DNA from: Candidatus Nomurabacteria bacterium RIFCSPHIGHO2_12_FULL_37_29
Lineage (GTDB): Bacteria; Patescibacteriota; Minisyncoccia; Phycocordibacterales; UBA9973
DNA: 64,000 nucleotides
Assembly (NCBI GenBank): GCA_001785675.1
Contig: MFUJ01000016.1
Coordinates: 149 to 64,148, forward strand
Direction: 5' to 3'
Part shown: positions 28,529 through 38,374 of the stretch, in pieces
Position numbering within the stretch: position 1 is the stretch's first letter
Layout of the letters: each line of letters opens with the position of its first letter
Program-made: the position numbers and the translations under genes
Notes under the pieces: generated by a model
The model's input: only the letters and a program-made list of their open reading frames with translations
What the model was told of the DNA's origin: nothing
Databases searched by the model: none

Positions 28529-30683
28529 TTAATTTATGTTTTGGCCAACTTTCCACCATTAAAAGATTTTTTTTATTTGGTAGCATAGACCAGATTTCTT
28601 CTGTGACAAAAGGCATAAATGGGTGTAGAACCTTGAGTAGGGTAATGAGGTGCATATAGAGAAGTATTTTTGCCGAATCTGCATTTTTATTTTCTAGAAT
28701 TTTTTTCTTCGAACGTTCTATTATAATATCAGCAAAAGTATGCCATGTATAGTGATATAATTTTTCAGCAACAATATAAAACTTATATTCATCCATCTCT
28801 TTTGTAATCTCTCCAATTAGGGAATTTAATTCTTCATCTGTGGCTTTATCTTCTTCATCATACTCTAGTTTCTCTTTAATATTGAAATTTTTTGCATTGT
28901 TCATATTCTCCATAACAAAACGTGCTGCGTTCCAGATTTTGTTTGAAAATTTACTATAGGCTTTTACTTTTTGGATATCAAATTTAGCATCTGCTCCCGG
29001 TCCGATGCCCACGATCATTGACATACGGAGCGCATCAGCACCATATTTTTCTATGATTTCGATAGGATCTATTCCATTATCTAATGATTTGCTAAATTTT
29101 TGTCCTTTAACATCTCGAAGCATTCCATGAAGGTACACTGTTTTAAAAGGAATTTCATCTATTAAATATTCTGACATTAGAATCATGCGAGCAACCCAGA
29201 AGAATAATATTTCGTATCCTGGATTTATGACGCTTGTTGGATGAAAGTTTTTCAAATCTTCTGTTTGGTTTGGCCAGCCAAGGGTTGAGAAAGTCCATAA
29301 CCCCGAAGAGAACCAAGTATCTAGTGTATCTTCATCTTGAATCCAATCGTTGCCCGGATTTTCTCCCACAATTATTTCATCTCCTTTGTAAAAAACAGGA
29401 ATCCTGTGTCCATACCAGATTTGTCTGGAAATACACCAATCGCGGAGATTTTCTATCCAATTATAGTAAACTTTTTCGAAATGACTTGGTATAATTTTAA
29501 TTTTGCCTTCTTGCACTGGATTAAGCATTAATTCTTTAAGAGATTTATTATTTCGAGAAGGAATTTTATGATTTACATTCACAAACCATTGAAGCATAAT
29601 TTGTGGCTCAATAATGCCTCCAGTTCTCTCAGCAGTGGCAACTCTATTTACATAATTTTCATCAATCGATACGAGTAATCCTTTTGTTTTTAGTTTCTCA
29701 ACAATTTTTTCACGTGCATCATTAATTTTCATTCCCGCGAATTCTTCTGCGATGGGAAGCAGCTTCCCATATTTATCAATAATTTGCTCTTTTTCTAGTT
29801 TATATTTAAGAGCGAGCGTGAAATCTTCGTGCGAGTGCCAAGGTGTGATGGTCATCGCTCCCGTACCGAATTCCATATCAATCATCTCATCTTTAATGAT
29901 TGTGGCCTCTATAGGGCCGTTGATCCACTCTAGTTTTATTTTTTGACCCTGTTTATACTCCGCGTATCTTTTATCTTCTGGATGCATCACCACGTATTTA
30001 TCACCAAATTTTGTTTCTGGCCGAGCTGTGGAAATAGAAAAAGGTCCATATTTAAAGGTATAAAATTTACCTTTTTGTTCTTTGTAAACTATTTCATCAT
30101 CAGAAATCACTGTCTGACCTTTCGGGTCCCAGTTTACAACTCTATTCCCTCTGTAAATCAGTCCATCGTCATACATTTTTTTGAATGTAGTTTTGACGGC
30201 AGTATTACGAGCTTCGTCTAAAGTAAAAGCTTCACGAGACCAGTCAAGAGATGCCCCAATTTTTCGGAGCTGACTCACAATAGTTTTTCTACTATTCTCC
30301 ACAAATGTATTTACATGTTCCAAGAATTTTTCTCGTCCGATATCTTTTTTATTTAAACCTTCTTTTTCAAGTATTTTTGTAACTTTGGAATCGGTGGCTA
30401 TGGCTGCATGATCTGTGCCAGGGAGCCAGAGAGTTTTTTTGCCCTGCATTCTATTGTAGCGAATCATAGTGTCTTGCATAGAATCTTCCAATGCATGACC
30501 TAAATGAAGTACGCCAGTAGCATTTGGAGGAGGGAGTACTATTGAAAAGTACGGAGCATCTGATTTTGTTATACCTTTTTCCACACACACATCTGGGTTA
30601 AAAAAACCGCTATCTTCCCACAGCTTATATATTCTTTCTTCTGTTTCTTTTGGATTGTAGGGTTTTAGCAGTTTATCGTTCAT
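28518..30683 (-). CDS. valS: Valine--tRNA ligase (short form)
   Basis: PPPNATGVLHLGH, DWCISRQIWYGH, DTWFSS, KFSKS. Confidence 0.96.
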   Translation of the reverse strand: MNDKLLKPYNPKETEERIYKLWEDSGFFNPDVCVEKGITKSDAPYFSIVLPPPNATGVLHLGHALEDSMQDTMIRYNRMQGKKTLWLPGTDHAAIATDSKVTKILEKEGLNKKDIGREKFLEHVNTFVENSRKTIVSQLRKIGASLDWSREAFTLDEARNTAVKTTFKKMYDDGLIYRGNRVVNWDPKGQTVISDDEIVYKEQKGKFYTFKYGPFSISTARPETKFGDKYVVMHPEDKRYAEYKQGQKIKLEWINGPIEATIIKDEMIDMEFGTGAMTITPWHSHEDFTLALKYKLEKEQIIDKYGKLLPIAEEFAGMKINDAREKIVEKLKTKGLLVSIDENYVNRVATAERTGGIIEPQIMLQWFVNVNHKIPSRNNKSLKELMLNPVQEGKIKIIPSHFEKVYYNWIENLRDWCISRQIWYGHRIPVFYKGDEIIVGENPGNDWIQDEDTLDTWFSSGLWTFSTLGWPNQTEDLKNFHPTSVINPGYEILFFWVARMILMSEYLIDEIPFKTVYLHGMLRDVKGQKFSKSLDNGIDPIEIIEKYGADALRMSMIVGIGPGADAKFDIQKVKAYSKFSNKIWNAARFVMENMNNAKNFNIKEKLEYDEEDKATDEELNSLIGEITKEMDEYKFYIVAEKLYHYTWHTFADIIIERSKKKILENKNADSAKILLYMHLITLLKVLHPFMPFVTEEIWSMLPNKKNLLMVESWPKHKLNDK

Positions 30684-30715
30684 TCCTAAATAATACCATA
30701 GAATATTAGGTTTTT

Positions 30716-31909
30716 CTATTTTAGTCTTAAATTACCACTTGCTTTTATATTGGAAGCCTTGCCAAATTTTCCTTTCTTTTTTGCATAGAGCAAGTATCCC
30801 GCTATGCCAATCATTAAAGAATTATCTCCCACAAGTTCTTTTGGGGGAAATAGAAGTTTGATTTTATTACTTGCCTGTCCTTTGACGCGACTTGCAATTT
30901 TTTTTATTTCATTTCTCAAGTGTTGATTCGCAGCCACTCCTCCCGCAACAATAAGAGTTTTTACTTTATATTTTTCTATCGCTTTTTTTGTTTTATAAAT
31001 CAAACATTCAATGGCCGCGTTTTCAAATTCTAAAGCTATTTTTATTTTTGTTTTTTCATCTAGTAAACCAATTTTCTTGATTAAGTAAAGAACCGCCGTT
31101 TTCAGTCCCGAAAAAGAAAAATCTAAATTCTTAGAATGAAGCATTGGGCGCGGGAGGGAAAAAGAAAATAAGCTTTGATGGGACTCCACAGGGCGACGGC
31201 CCGAGGACTGAGTAAATTTTTCAGCAGAAAAATTACGACCCTGAAAAGTTTTATTTTCTTTTTCCCTCTCCCTCCCTTCTTCTGCCAATTTAGATATTTG
31301 TGGACCGCCAGGGTAGGGGAGGTCGAGCATCCGAGCAACTTTATCAAAAGCTTCGCCGACGGCATCGTCCAAGGTTTCGCCAATTATTTCATATCGCATC
31401 CACTTTTTACTGAGTACTAACTGTGTGTGTCCACCAGAAACCAAAAGAGAAAGTGTTGGAGTTTTCACTTTGGGTATGGTAAATTTTCCTTTATTTTTTC
31501 CAAATACAGAAAGTATATGTCCTTCCATGTGATTTACAGGCACCACGGGCACATTCCACTTTTTTGTTAACTCCTGCGCAAAAGTTATGCCTGCCCAGAG
31601 CGCTGGTTCTAATCCTGGACCATAAGTCACAGCTATTAAGTCAATCGGTGCTTTGGTCGTTAGGTCTTGCCTAGCGACGTTGTTTAGATGGGCTTGCTTT
31701 AATGCTTGTTCTAGCAGAATTGGTAAATTTTTAATATGTTCTTGTTTAGCGAGCATTGGATATACTCCGCCATAAGGAATATGGATTTTTATTTGCGAAT
31801 TTGAAATATCCGCCAAAACTTTGAAAGAAGCATTATTAATGCCTCCTTTTGCTTCCACTATACTTATTCCAGTATCGTCGCAAGATGTTTCAATCGAAAG
31901 AATGATCAT
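30716..31909 (-). CDS. tsaD: tRNA threonylcarbamoyladenosine biosynthesis protein TsaD
   Basis: IETSCDDT, HMEGH, LVSGGHT, GEAFDK, FSFSGLKTA. Confidence 0.96.
   Translation of the reverse strand: MIILSIETSCDDTGISIVEAKGGINNASFKVLADISNSQIKIHIPYGGVYPMLAKQEHIKNLPILLEQALKQAHLNNVARQDLTTKAPIDLIAVTYGPGLEPALWAGITFAQELTKKWNVPVVPVNHMEGHILSVFGKNKGKFTIPKVKTPTLSLLVSGGHTQLVLSKKWMRYEIIGETLDDAVGEAFDKVARMLDLPYPGGPQISKLAEEGREREKENKTFQGRNFSAEKFTQSSGRRPVESHQSLFSFSLPRPMLHSKNLDFSFSGLKTAVLYLIKKIGLLDEKTKIKIALEFENAAIECLIYKTKKAIEKYKVKTLIVAGGVAANQHLRNEIKKIASRVKGQASNKIKLLFPPKELVGDNSLMIGIAGYLLYAKKKGKFGKASNIKASGNLRLK
31154..31268. repeat. In-frame palindromic insertion in tsaD
   Basis: 18 bp inverted repeat gagggaaaaagaaaataa / ttattttctttttccctc; core TTTTTCTGCTGAAAAA on the minus strand. 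Confidence 0.8.
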
Positions 31910-31999
31910 GTTAATTAATCAGGGGCAAAGTTCTTTTAGTTCTTTCTTCATTACTATAAATCAAAAAAAATTATTTTAATTTGACTTAATTCAGTTATA

Positions 32000-32386
32000 T
32001 TATTGTGTTGTTACACCGTCAAAGTGCTCCTCTTTCTCGTCCATTTTAGTTTTCTGTATCGTACCATCTTGATGTTCTGGTGGTGAATATAGTGTATAAA
32101 GTTTCAGATCAAGAGAACCAGTGTTTACAATATTGTGTCGAGTGCCTTGAGGGATCATAATTGCTTCATCGGTGCCAAAGCTATGTTCTTCACCATCAAT
32201 TATTGCCCTAGCTTCTCCTTCCTCAATACGAATAAACTGGTCAAGCTTATGAACTTCTTCCCCAATTTCTTCGCCAGGCTTTAGGTTCATTAATACAAGC
32301 TGGCTATTTTTTGCGGTATAAAGCACGCGACGGTAATCAGTATTCTCTTTTGTTGCTTTTTCTATATTGATTTTAAATCCTTTCAT
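32000..32386 (-). CDS. Cupin domain protein
   Basis: EIGEEVH..DQF...EG, P.G..HN. Confidence 0.9.
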   Translation of the reverse strand: MKGFKINIEKATKENTDYRRVLYTAKNSQLVLMNLKPGEEIGEEVHKLDQFIRIEEGEARAIIDGEEHSFGTDEAIMIPQGTRHNIVNTGSLDLKLYTLYSPPEHQDGTIQKTKMDEKEEHFDGVTTQ

Positions 32387-32562
32387 ATTCTTGGTTTATG
32401 TGTTTAATTATAATAAAAAACCTATCTTACAATTATACCACAATCTTAGTGCCGGGAGGGAGACTCGGTCACAGGTCTTTTTCTATTGAAAAAGCCTGCG
32501 ACCCCACCTCGACACGTCTGTCTCCGGCTTTCGAGTCAGCACAAATATATAACATATCTTTG

Positions 32563-32644
32563 TGCCGGGAGGGAGACTCGAACTCCCAAGGGTTGCCCCA
32601 CTAGTTCCTAAGACTAGCGCGTATACCAATTCCGCCATCCCGGC
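32563..32644 (-). tRNA. tRNA-Leu(TAG)
   Basis: GCCGGGATGGCGGAATTGGTATACGCG, loop CTTAGGA, long variable arm. Confidence 0.92.
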
Positions 32645-32766
32645 AAAAATCAAACCGTTTCGCACAAAGTGCGTTAGCACTTTGTGCGCCTAATTGTAGC
32701 AAATTGGAACCTTATTTTCAATCAAATAAAGGGTTTTTCGTTTGTTTAGTAAAAAATTAAATTTTT

Positions 32767-33090
32767 ATGTTTGCCATTTACAGTTTATACATTTTATGTT
32801 ATAAGCTATTTGAAGGAGTCAAGATCTTGGGACAAAATTTCGCAGCGATGTGTTATGTGGCGGCCGCAGTCCGAGCTGGACAATTACCAGACAAAGATCG
32901 TACTGACGCCGAAATACAGGCGTTGTTCACGGCAAGTTGTCAGACCCTACCACCATGCCCCAAATGCAATCGGACAATGGTCAGTAGCGGGGGTCAATTT
33001 CACTGCACCGTTCACGGCGATCCGACGCTGTTACCCAACGAGGAAGTTAGTGACGAGGCGTGGATGGGAGCAGAACGTAACCGTCTATAA
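32767..33090 (+). CDS. Small hypothetical protein with putative zinc ribbon
   Basis: CPKC...HCTVH; GC-richer than flanks; true start may be the TTG after GGAG near 32827. Confidence 0.45.
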   Translation: MFAIYSLYILCYKLFEGVKILGQNFAAMCYVAAAVRAGQLPDKDRTDAEIQALFTASCQTLPPCPKCNRTMVSSGGQFHCTVHGDPTLLPNEEVSDEAWMGAERNRL

Positions 33091-33325
33091 TTCAAAAGGG
33101 TCGAGAGTCTCATACTCTCAAGGATAGCCAGACACACCGAAAGGAGGTAAGGTGCCTGGCTATTTTCAATTTCAACACAGAATGATTTTGTGGTCAGGAA
33201 TAATTTTGTTTTTGTCAAAACAAAATTTTCACGACCCTGCCTCGTCTATTTTTTCTGCTGAAAAAATATGACTCCGGCTCGCACAGCTAAAAAATCTACA
33301 GAAGTGCAGATTTTTCTTTACGCTG

Positions 33326-33398
33326 TGCGCCCAGTAGGGATCGAACCTACGACATTCTCCTTAAGAGGGAGCTACTCTACCAGCTGAGTTATGGGCGC
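33326..33398 (-). tRNA. tRNA-Lys(CTT)
   Basis: GCGCCCATAACTCAGCTGGTAGAG, loop CTCTTAA, GTTCGATCC. Confidence 0.9.
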
Positions 33399-33508
33399 AT
33401 ATAATACATTTATCTTCTATCTTCTAATTTCAAACTACATTTACTAATATCTCGTCCTACCAAAACACTTATGGGCGCAAAAAATTTAATTTTCAAAAAA
33501 CTCTCAAG

Positions 33509-33590
33509 TGCCCGAGGTGGGAATCGAACCCACATCCCTTACGAGACACGATTTTAAGTCGTGCGCGTATACCAATTCCGCCACTCGGGC
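33509..33590 (-). tRNA. tRNA-Leu(TAA)
   Basis: GCCCGAGTGGCGGAATTGG, loop CTTAAAA, long variable arm. Confidence 0.92.
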
Positions 33591-33604
33591 ATATTTATTT
33601 TGCC

Positions 33605-33679
33605 TGGAGGCCTGGGGCGGAATTGAACCGCCGTATATTCCTTTTGCAGAGGAATGCCTTACCACTTGGCTACCAGGCC
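33605..33679 (-). tRNA. tRNA-Cys(GCA)
   Basis: GGCCTGG acceptor, loop CTGCAAA, U73 discriminator, CCA. Confidence 0.92.
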
Positions 33680-33809
33680 GATATCATATTTAACAAAACT
33701 TTAACTTATTAATCTTAAAACCTCTGCGCAGAGGAATGGCATATTCGCTACGCTCACGCCACTTGGCTACCAGGCCATTTTCAAACTATAACCTATAACC
33801 AACAACCTA

Positions 33810-34133
33810 TCAACCGTTCCGAAGCAGTTCGTCAATTTTTTGTCTATTCTTTTCGCCGAGATCTATGGCAAAGTCAACGAAAGGAACATTTTTTGTTGCC
33901 ATATTCTTTTTCAAGAATTCACGGAATTCTTTCCTTTTTCTTTTTGCAAAGAGGAACGCTGTATGTTCTTTAGAAAGTGGGAGTACTGTGATAAATATAG
34001 TCGTGCGTTTTAAGTCCGGGGAGGTGGTAGCAGAGGTTACAGTAATAAGGGAAGTTCTATTATTTTCACGTGCCAAAAATCTTGCAGCAAGCTCTTTTAT
34101 ATAATTCGCTACCTTCTCATTTCTTTGTGTCAT
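33810..34133 (-). CDS. rbfA: Ribosome-binding factor A
   Basis: ITVT....SPDL, P...F..D; directly downstream of infB. Confidence 0.85.
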   Translation of the reverse strand: MTQRNEKVANYIKELAARFLARENNRTSLITVTSATTSPDLKRTTIFITVLPLSKEHTAFLFAKRKRKEFREFLKKNMATKNVPFVDFAIDLGEKNRQKIDELLRNG

Positions 34134-34167
34134 TTTAATTATGAGTAAACGAAAATTTAAAATTTTT

Positions 34168-35718
34168 TTACATCTGCGCTACTCTAAATAATTCTATAAT
34201 ATCGCCTTGCGCAATCTCTATTTTTGATTCAATCATCATGCCGAATTCGTTTCCTTCGTCTACTTCTTTTGTTTTTATTTTATTCTTTTCCAGATTTACA
34301 ATTTTTCCGCGTCCAATTTCAAATTCTCGGCGCATAATTCTAACTGTTCCATTTAAAATAATTTTGCCCTCTGTCACTTTTCCACCCACTATTTGGCGAT
34401 CCTTGGTGCGACTGAAAGCCCGAATGATTTTCGCCCGGCCTGTCGTCTCCATTGTTTCAATTCTGGGTCTTAACTTTTCCATTTGTATTTCAAGCCATTC
34501 TGTCATTTTGTAAATAATGTCAAAAAAAGAAATAGTAATTCCTCTTTTTTCTGCTATCTCAATGGCACTTTTATCTGTTTTTACATTGAATCCAATTATT
34601 ATTACATTTTCGCCATTTGATAAGTTCTTTACGTCTGATTCTGAAATGGGTCCCACGCCTTTACCTATGATTTTAAATTCCGCTCCCTCATTTTTTATTT
34701 TGGCAATTTCTTTTTCAATGGCTTCGAGCGTGCCAGACACATCAGCTTTTAGTATTATTGGGATTATTTTTTTATCTTGATTCTTGTCGGGACTTTGGTG
34801 TTGATTGGGGTCTTCTTCTCTATTTCTCGTTTGCCAATTTTCAGCATCTTTTTCAGCATCTTTTTTATTTTTAAAAGTTTTAAAACAGCTTCCGACTTTC
34901 GGTATTTTATTAAAGCCGAAAATGCGTATTGGAGAAGAGAAAGACATTTCGTCTATGATCACTCCTTTATAATTTTCCATTATGCGTGTAGAGCAAATAC
35001 TATCTTCCACGACGACCGTCATTCCTTTTTTTAGGGATCCATTTTTTATAATTAGAGTTGCCAGTATTCCGCGCCTAGAATCAAGATTTGCTTCAATTAC
35101 GAAACCAGACGCATCTTCGTTTGGATTTCCGTTGAAATTTTCCATTTCCGCTACAATCAGAATCAATGATAATAAATTATCTATACCCGTGCCAATTTTG
35201 GCGGAAATTTCCGCATAAGGAATTTTGCCTCCGTAATTTTCCAAATAAATTTCACTTTCGGCTAATTCAGTTTTTGTTTTTTCAATATTGGCTCCCGGTT
35301 TATCTATTTTATTTATTGCCACAATACAGGGGAGTTTGCCCTCCGTGATTGTTTTCCAAGCTTCAATAGTTTGGGGTTTTACACCATCTTCAGCTGATAC
35401 TACCAAAACAGCAATATCAGCAATTTGCGCTCCGCGTTGTCGCATTTTCGAAAAAGCTTCATGTCCTGGTGTGTCCAAAAAAGTTATTTTTCGCGACCAG
35501 GATTCCCCTGGTGTCGGTATTTCTACCTCATAAGCGGAAATGTTTTGAGTTATACCCCCGATCTCTTTTTCTGCTATATTTGTTTTTCTGATATAGTCAA
35601 GCAATGTTGATTTACCGTGATCAATATGACCCATAACCACTACCACTGGCGGCCTCGCCTGTAAGCCTGTGGCCGAAGGGCGAGCTATTCTATTTTGTTT
35701 TGTATTATTTTTCTCCAT
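34168..35718 (-). CDS. infB: Translation initiation factor IF-2 (short form)
   Basis: [32 protein letters not shown]. Confidence 0.96.
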   Translation of the reverse strand: MEKNNTKQNRIARPSATGLQARPPVVVVMGHIDHGKSTLLDYIRKTNIAEKEIGGITQNISAYEVEIPTPGESWSRKITFLDTPGHEAFSKMRQRGAQIADIAVLVVSAEDGVKPQTIEAWKTITEGKLPCIVAINKIDKPGANIEKTKTELAESEIYLENYGGKIPYAEISAKIGTGIDNLLSLILIVAEMENFNGNPNEDASGFVIEANLDSRRGILATLIIKNGSLKKGMTVVVEDSICSTRIMENYKGVIIDEMSFSSPIRIFGFNKIPKVGSCFKTFKNKKDAEKDAENWQTRNREEDPNQHQSPDKNQDKKIIPIILKADVSGTLEAIEKEIAKIKNEGAEFKIIGKGVGPISESDVKNLSNGENVIIIGFNVKTDKSAIEIAEKRGITISFFDIIYKMTEWLEIQMEKLRPRIETMETTGRAKIIRAFSRTKDRQIVGGKVTEGKIILNGTVRIMRREFEIGRGKIVNLEKNKIKTKEVDEGNEFGMMIESKIEIAQGDIIELFRVAQM

Positions 35719-35732
35719 GAATTATCCCAGAT

Positions 35733-35819
35733 TGTAAGATTTTAGAGCACGGATATTTTTTTGCTAAAAAAATCCTCGTGTTAGCTTACGTTGCGCTTGC
35801 AAGTCTCCAAAACCCTACA
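35733..35819. repeat. Intergenic palindromic element homologous to the insertion in the cysteine desulfurase gene
   Basis: gagcacggatatttttttgctaaaaaaatcctcgtg versus gagcacagatatttttctgttgaaaaattcctcgtg near 36839. Confidence 0.75.
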
Positions 35820-35821
35820 GC

Positions 35822-36298
35822 CTACCTTGATACCACTTCCGCTTTTTTCAATGCTTCTTTTTCTTCAGCCGAAAGCTCGTACTCTGATTTGTTATTTTTA
35901 ATAGATTTAGCAAATACGCTCATTCGTTCACGAGAATATAAACTTGAAATTACCACACCATCACCATCTTCATTCAGCATTCCAATTGCAAAGCTTTGAT
36001 TGCTACCCTGATCAGGGAAAGGATTAAAGCGTATGGTCTCAAGTCCGCGGATACTTTTTCTTAGTTTTTCATTAATTAGAACAATATCTTTTTGCATAAA
36101 CTCTTTCGTTTTATTTAATTCCGTAATATTTTTTTCTAAACCCAGGATAGTATCCTCTAAATCTTTCGCTTTTTTACCAAGGAAAAATCTTTTTAAACGT
36201 TTCTCTGTAATGATAATCCAAATAGTGATAATGGTTACCACTATTCCAATTAAAATAAAAAAAACCAAGAAAAAAACACTGTCGAGCTTTATATTCAT
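35822..36298 (-). CDS. DUF4446 family protein
   Basis: TM, coiled coil, RFNPF...G.NQSF, LS.EE. Confidence 0.85.
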   Translation of the reverse strand: MNIKLDSVFFLVFFILIGIVVTIITIWIIITEKRLKRFFLGKKAKDLEDTILGLEKNITELNKTKEFMQKDIVLINEKLRKSIRGLETIRFNPFPDQGSNQSFAIGMLNEDGDGVVISSLYSRERMSVFAKSIKNNKSEYELSAEEKEALKKAEVVSR

Positions 36299-36322
36299 AC
36301 GAGGATAATATATACTATTTTT

Positions 36323-37564
36323 ATGCTAAAATCAAATAACGCAAAAAAAATATATCTAGATTATGCATCCAGTTCGCTTCTTAACTCCGCGAATCCAGGA
36401 GCAATTCATGAATTTGGAATAAAAGAAAAAAACAAACTTGAAGAAGCCAGGACAACTGTTGCAAAGACTTTAAATGCATATCCCAATGAAATTATTTTCA
36501 CATCCGGCGCAACGGAAAGTAACAACTTGGCTATTTTAGGGTTAGTTCAGAATTTTAAGCAATATTCTAAGTTGCCACACATAATAACTACAAATATCGA
36601 ACATTCATCTGTTTTAGAAATTTGTAAACATTTAGAAAAAACAAAACAAGCAGAAGTGACTTATATAAAAGTAGAATTGAACGGAATAATTGATCCAAAG
36701 AAAATAAAAAAAGCCCTTAAAAAAAATACCATCTTAGTTTCGGTTATGTATGCGAATAATGAAATTGGTACGGTCCAGCCGATACAAGATATTGCAAAAG
36801 AGATTAGACATTGGAAAAAAGGCAAAGATAGCTTTTTGGAGCACAGATATTTTTCTGTTGAAAAATTCCTCGTGCTTACGCCGTCAAGAGTTTCTAAAAA
36901 GCTATCTTTGCCTTTTTTCCATACCGATGCTACACAAGCAATAAATTATTTACCCATAAATGTTCAAAAATTAGGAATTGATTTAATGTCTTTTAATAGT
37001 GCTAAAATTTATGGACCTAAAGGGGTCGGTGTCTTATATGTAAAAAAATACACACCTGTCAGGAAAATTATGTTCGGTGGAGATCAAGAAAGGGGACTAC
37101 GACCGGGAACAGAAAATGTGGTCGGGGCTATTGTGTTAGCCTCTGCCATAGAAATTACTGAAAAAATAAAAAAAAAGGAAACTATTCGTTTAACCAAACT
37201 CCGAGATTATTTTTTTAATGAGCTACAAGCAATGTCAAAGACGATCTTTAGCACTGGATTAATAGTAAACGGTGACTTAACAAACAGATTACCCAATAAT
37301 GTGAATATTAGTTTTAAAAATATTCCGAGCGACCTTCTGGTAATTGAGTTATCAGCTAGAGGTATCATGGCTTCTGCTAAAAGTGCCTGTAAAGCTGGAG
37401 ACAGTAAAGCTTCGCATGTAATAAAAGCGATTAATCCAAAAGCCAAAGACACAGATGGATCTTTAAGATTTTCCCTAGGCAAAGATACTACAAAAAAAGA
37501 TATTGATTATACTGTCAAAGCTTTTACTCAAATTTTGACAAAACTAAAAAAGTGGTATAATTAA
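36323..37564 (+). CDS. iscS: Cysteine desulfurase (IscS/NifS family)
   Basis: YLDYA, FTSGATESNN, NNEIG, HTDATQ, KIYGPKG, SAC. Confidence 0.9.
   Translation: MLKSNNAKKIYLDYASSSLLNSANPGAIHEFGIKEKNKLEEARTTVAKTLNAYPNEIIFTSGATESNNLAILGLVQNFKQYSKLPHIITTNIEHSSVLEICKHLEKTKQAEVTYIKVELNGIIDPKKIKKALKKNTILVSVMYANNEIGTVQPIQDIAKEIRHWKKGKDSFLEHRYFSVEKFLVLTPSRVSKKLSLPFFHTDATQAINYLPINVQKLGIDLMSFNSAKIYGPKGVGVLYVKKYTPVRKIMFGGDQERGLRPGTENVVGAIVLASAIEITEKIKKKETIRLTKLRDYFFNELQAMSKTIFSTGLIVNGDLTNRLPNNVNISFKNIPSDLLVIELSARGIMASAKSACKAGDSKASHVIKAINPKAKDTDGSLRFSLGKDTTKKDIDYTVKAFTQILTKLKKWYN
36812..36921. repeat. In-frame palindromic insertion in the cysteine desulfurase gene
   Basis: Perfect 26 bp inverted repeat tggaaaaaaggcaaagatagcttttt / aaaaagctatctttgccttttttcca. 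Confidence 0.8.
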
Positions 37565-37567
37565 GGG

Positions 37568-38344
37568 ATGGATATCAAGGATCTAAATAAATCACAGCTT
37601 ATATTGATCGCAGTGCTTTTAAGTTTCGTCACTTCTATTGCTACAGGTATTACGACAGTGACCTTAATGCAACAAGCACCAGCATCTTTTACCGTACCCG
37701 TCAATCGTATTATTAAACAGACAGTTGAGAAAATACAACAGGTGGAAGGCAAGACCACAGTGCAGACTGTTGTTATAAAAGAAGAAGATTTAGTAGTGGA
37801 TGCTATTGCTAAAAATAAATTGGCCGTATTTACTGTAAGCAAAGAAATTTTAGACATAGAAGGGAAGACTATTGAAGTTTCAGCTGGCAGGGGATTTGCT
37901 ATTTCTGCTGATGCTATAGTAGTAGTTGATGGCAATCTTGTGGGAGATTCAGGAGTCTATTATCTTAAGAATGATAGTGGGAAATTCAAAATGGATTTTA
38001 TATCCACGGACAAAGCTGGATTTTCATTTCTTAAAATTGGTGCTCCACTTGATGAAAAAAATAAAATAATTTTTACAGTACCTACTTTTGGAGATTTGGA
38101 GAAAATGAAAATAGGACAAAAGGTTTTAGTTTTAGGTAGCAATATATCTTCTTCTATTTTTGAAGGAATAAATATTGATATTAATGTTACAAAATCAAAT
38201 GCTGGGGGGCTGGTTCTTAATTTAGATGGTGAAGCTATTGGTATTGCTCTCTCTGGTGAGATGACAGACTTTGCTTCAATTGGTGTTATTAAGGATGCTC
38301 TCGAAGTTGTTATGAAAAAAATTAAAACACCCCAAACACTTTAA
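37568..38344 (+). CDS. Membrane-anchored trypsin-like (HtrA-like) protein, catalytically degenerate
   Basis: GRGFAIS, IGQKV, SNAGG.VLNL.GE.IGI in place of GNSGGPL. Confidence 0.6.
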   Translation: MDIKDLNKSQLILIAVLLSFVTSIATGITTVTLMQQAPASFTVPVNRIIKQTVEKIQQVEGKTTVQTVVIKEEDLVVDAIAKNKLAVFTVSKEILDIEGKTIEVSAGRGFAISADAIVVVDGNLVGDSGVYYLKNDSGKFKMDFISTDKAGFSFLKIGAPLDEKNKIIFTVPTFGDLEKMKIGQKVLVLGSNISSSIFEGINIDINVTKSNAGGLVLNLDGEAIGIALSGEMTDFASIGVIKDALEVVMKKIKTPQTL

Positions 38345-38374
38345 AAAATAACTTTATAAACTTTAAATCTATAT

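Noticed and set aside
32398..33693. Small ORFs 32398..32604, 32483..32680 and 33508..33693
   Set aside because: They are translations of tRNA genes
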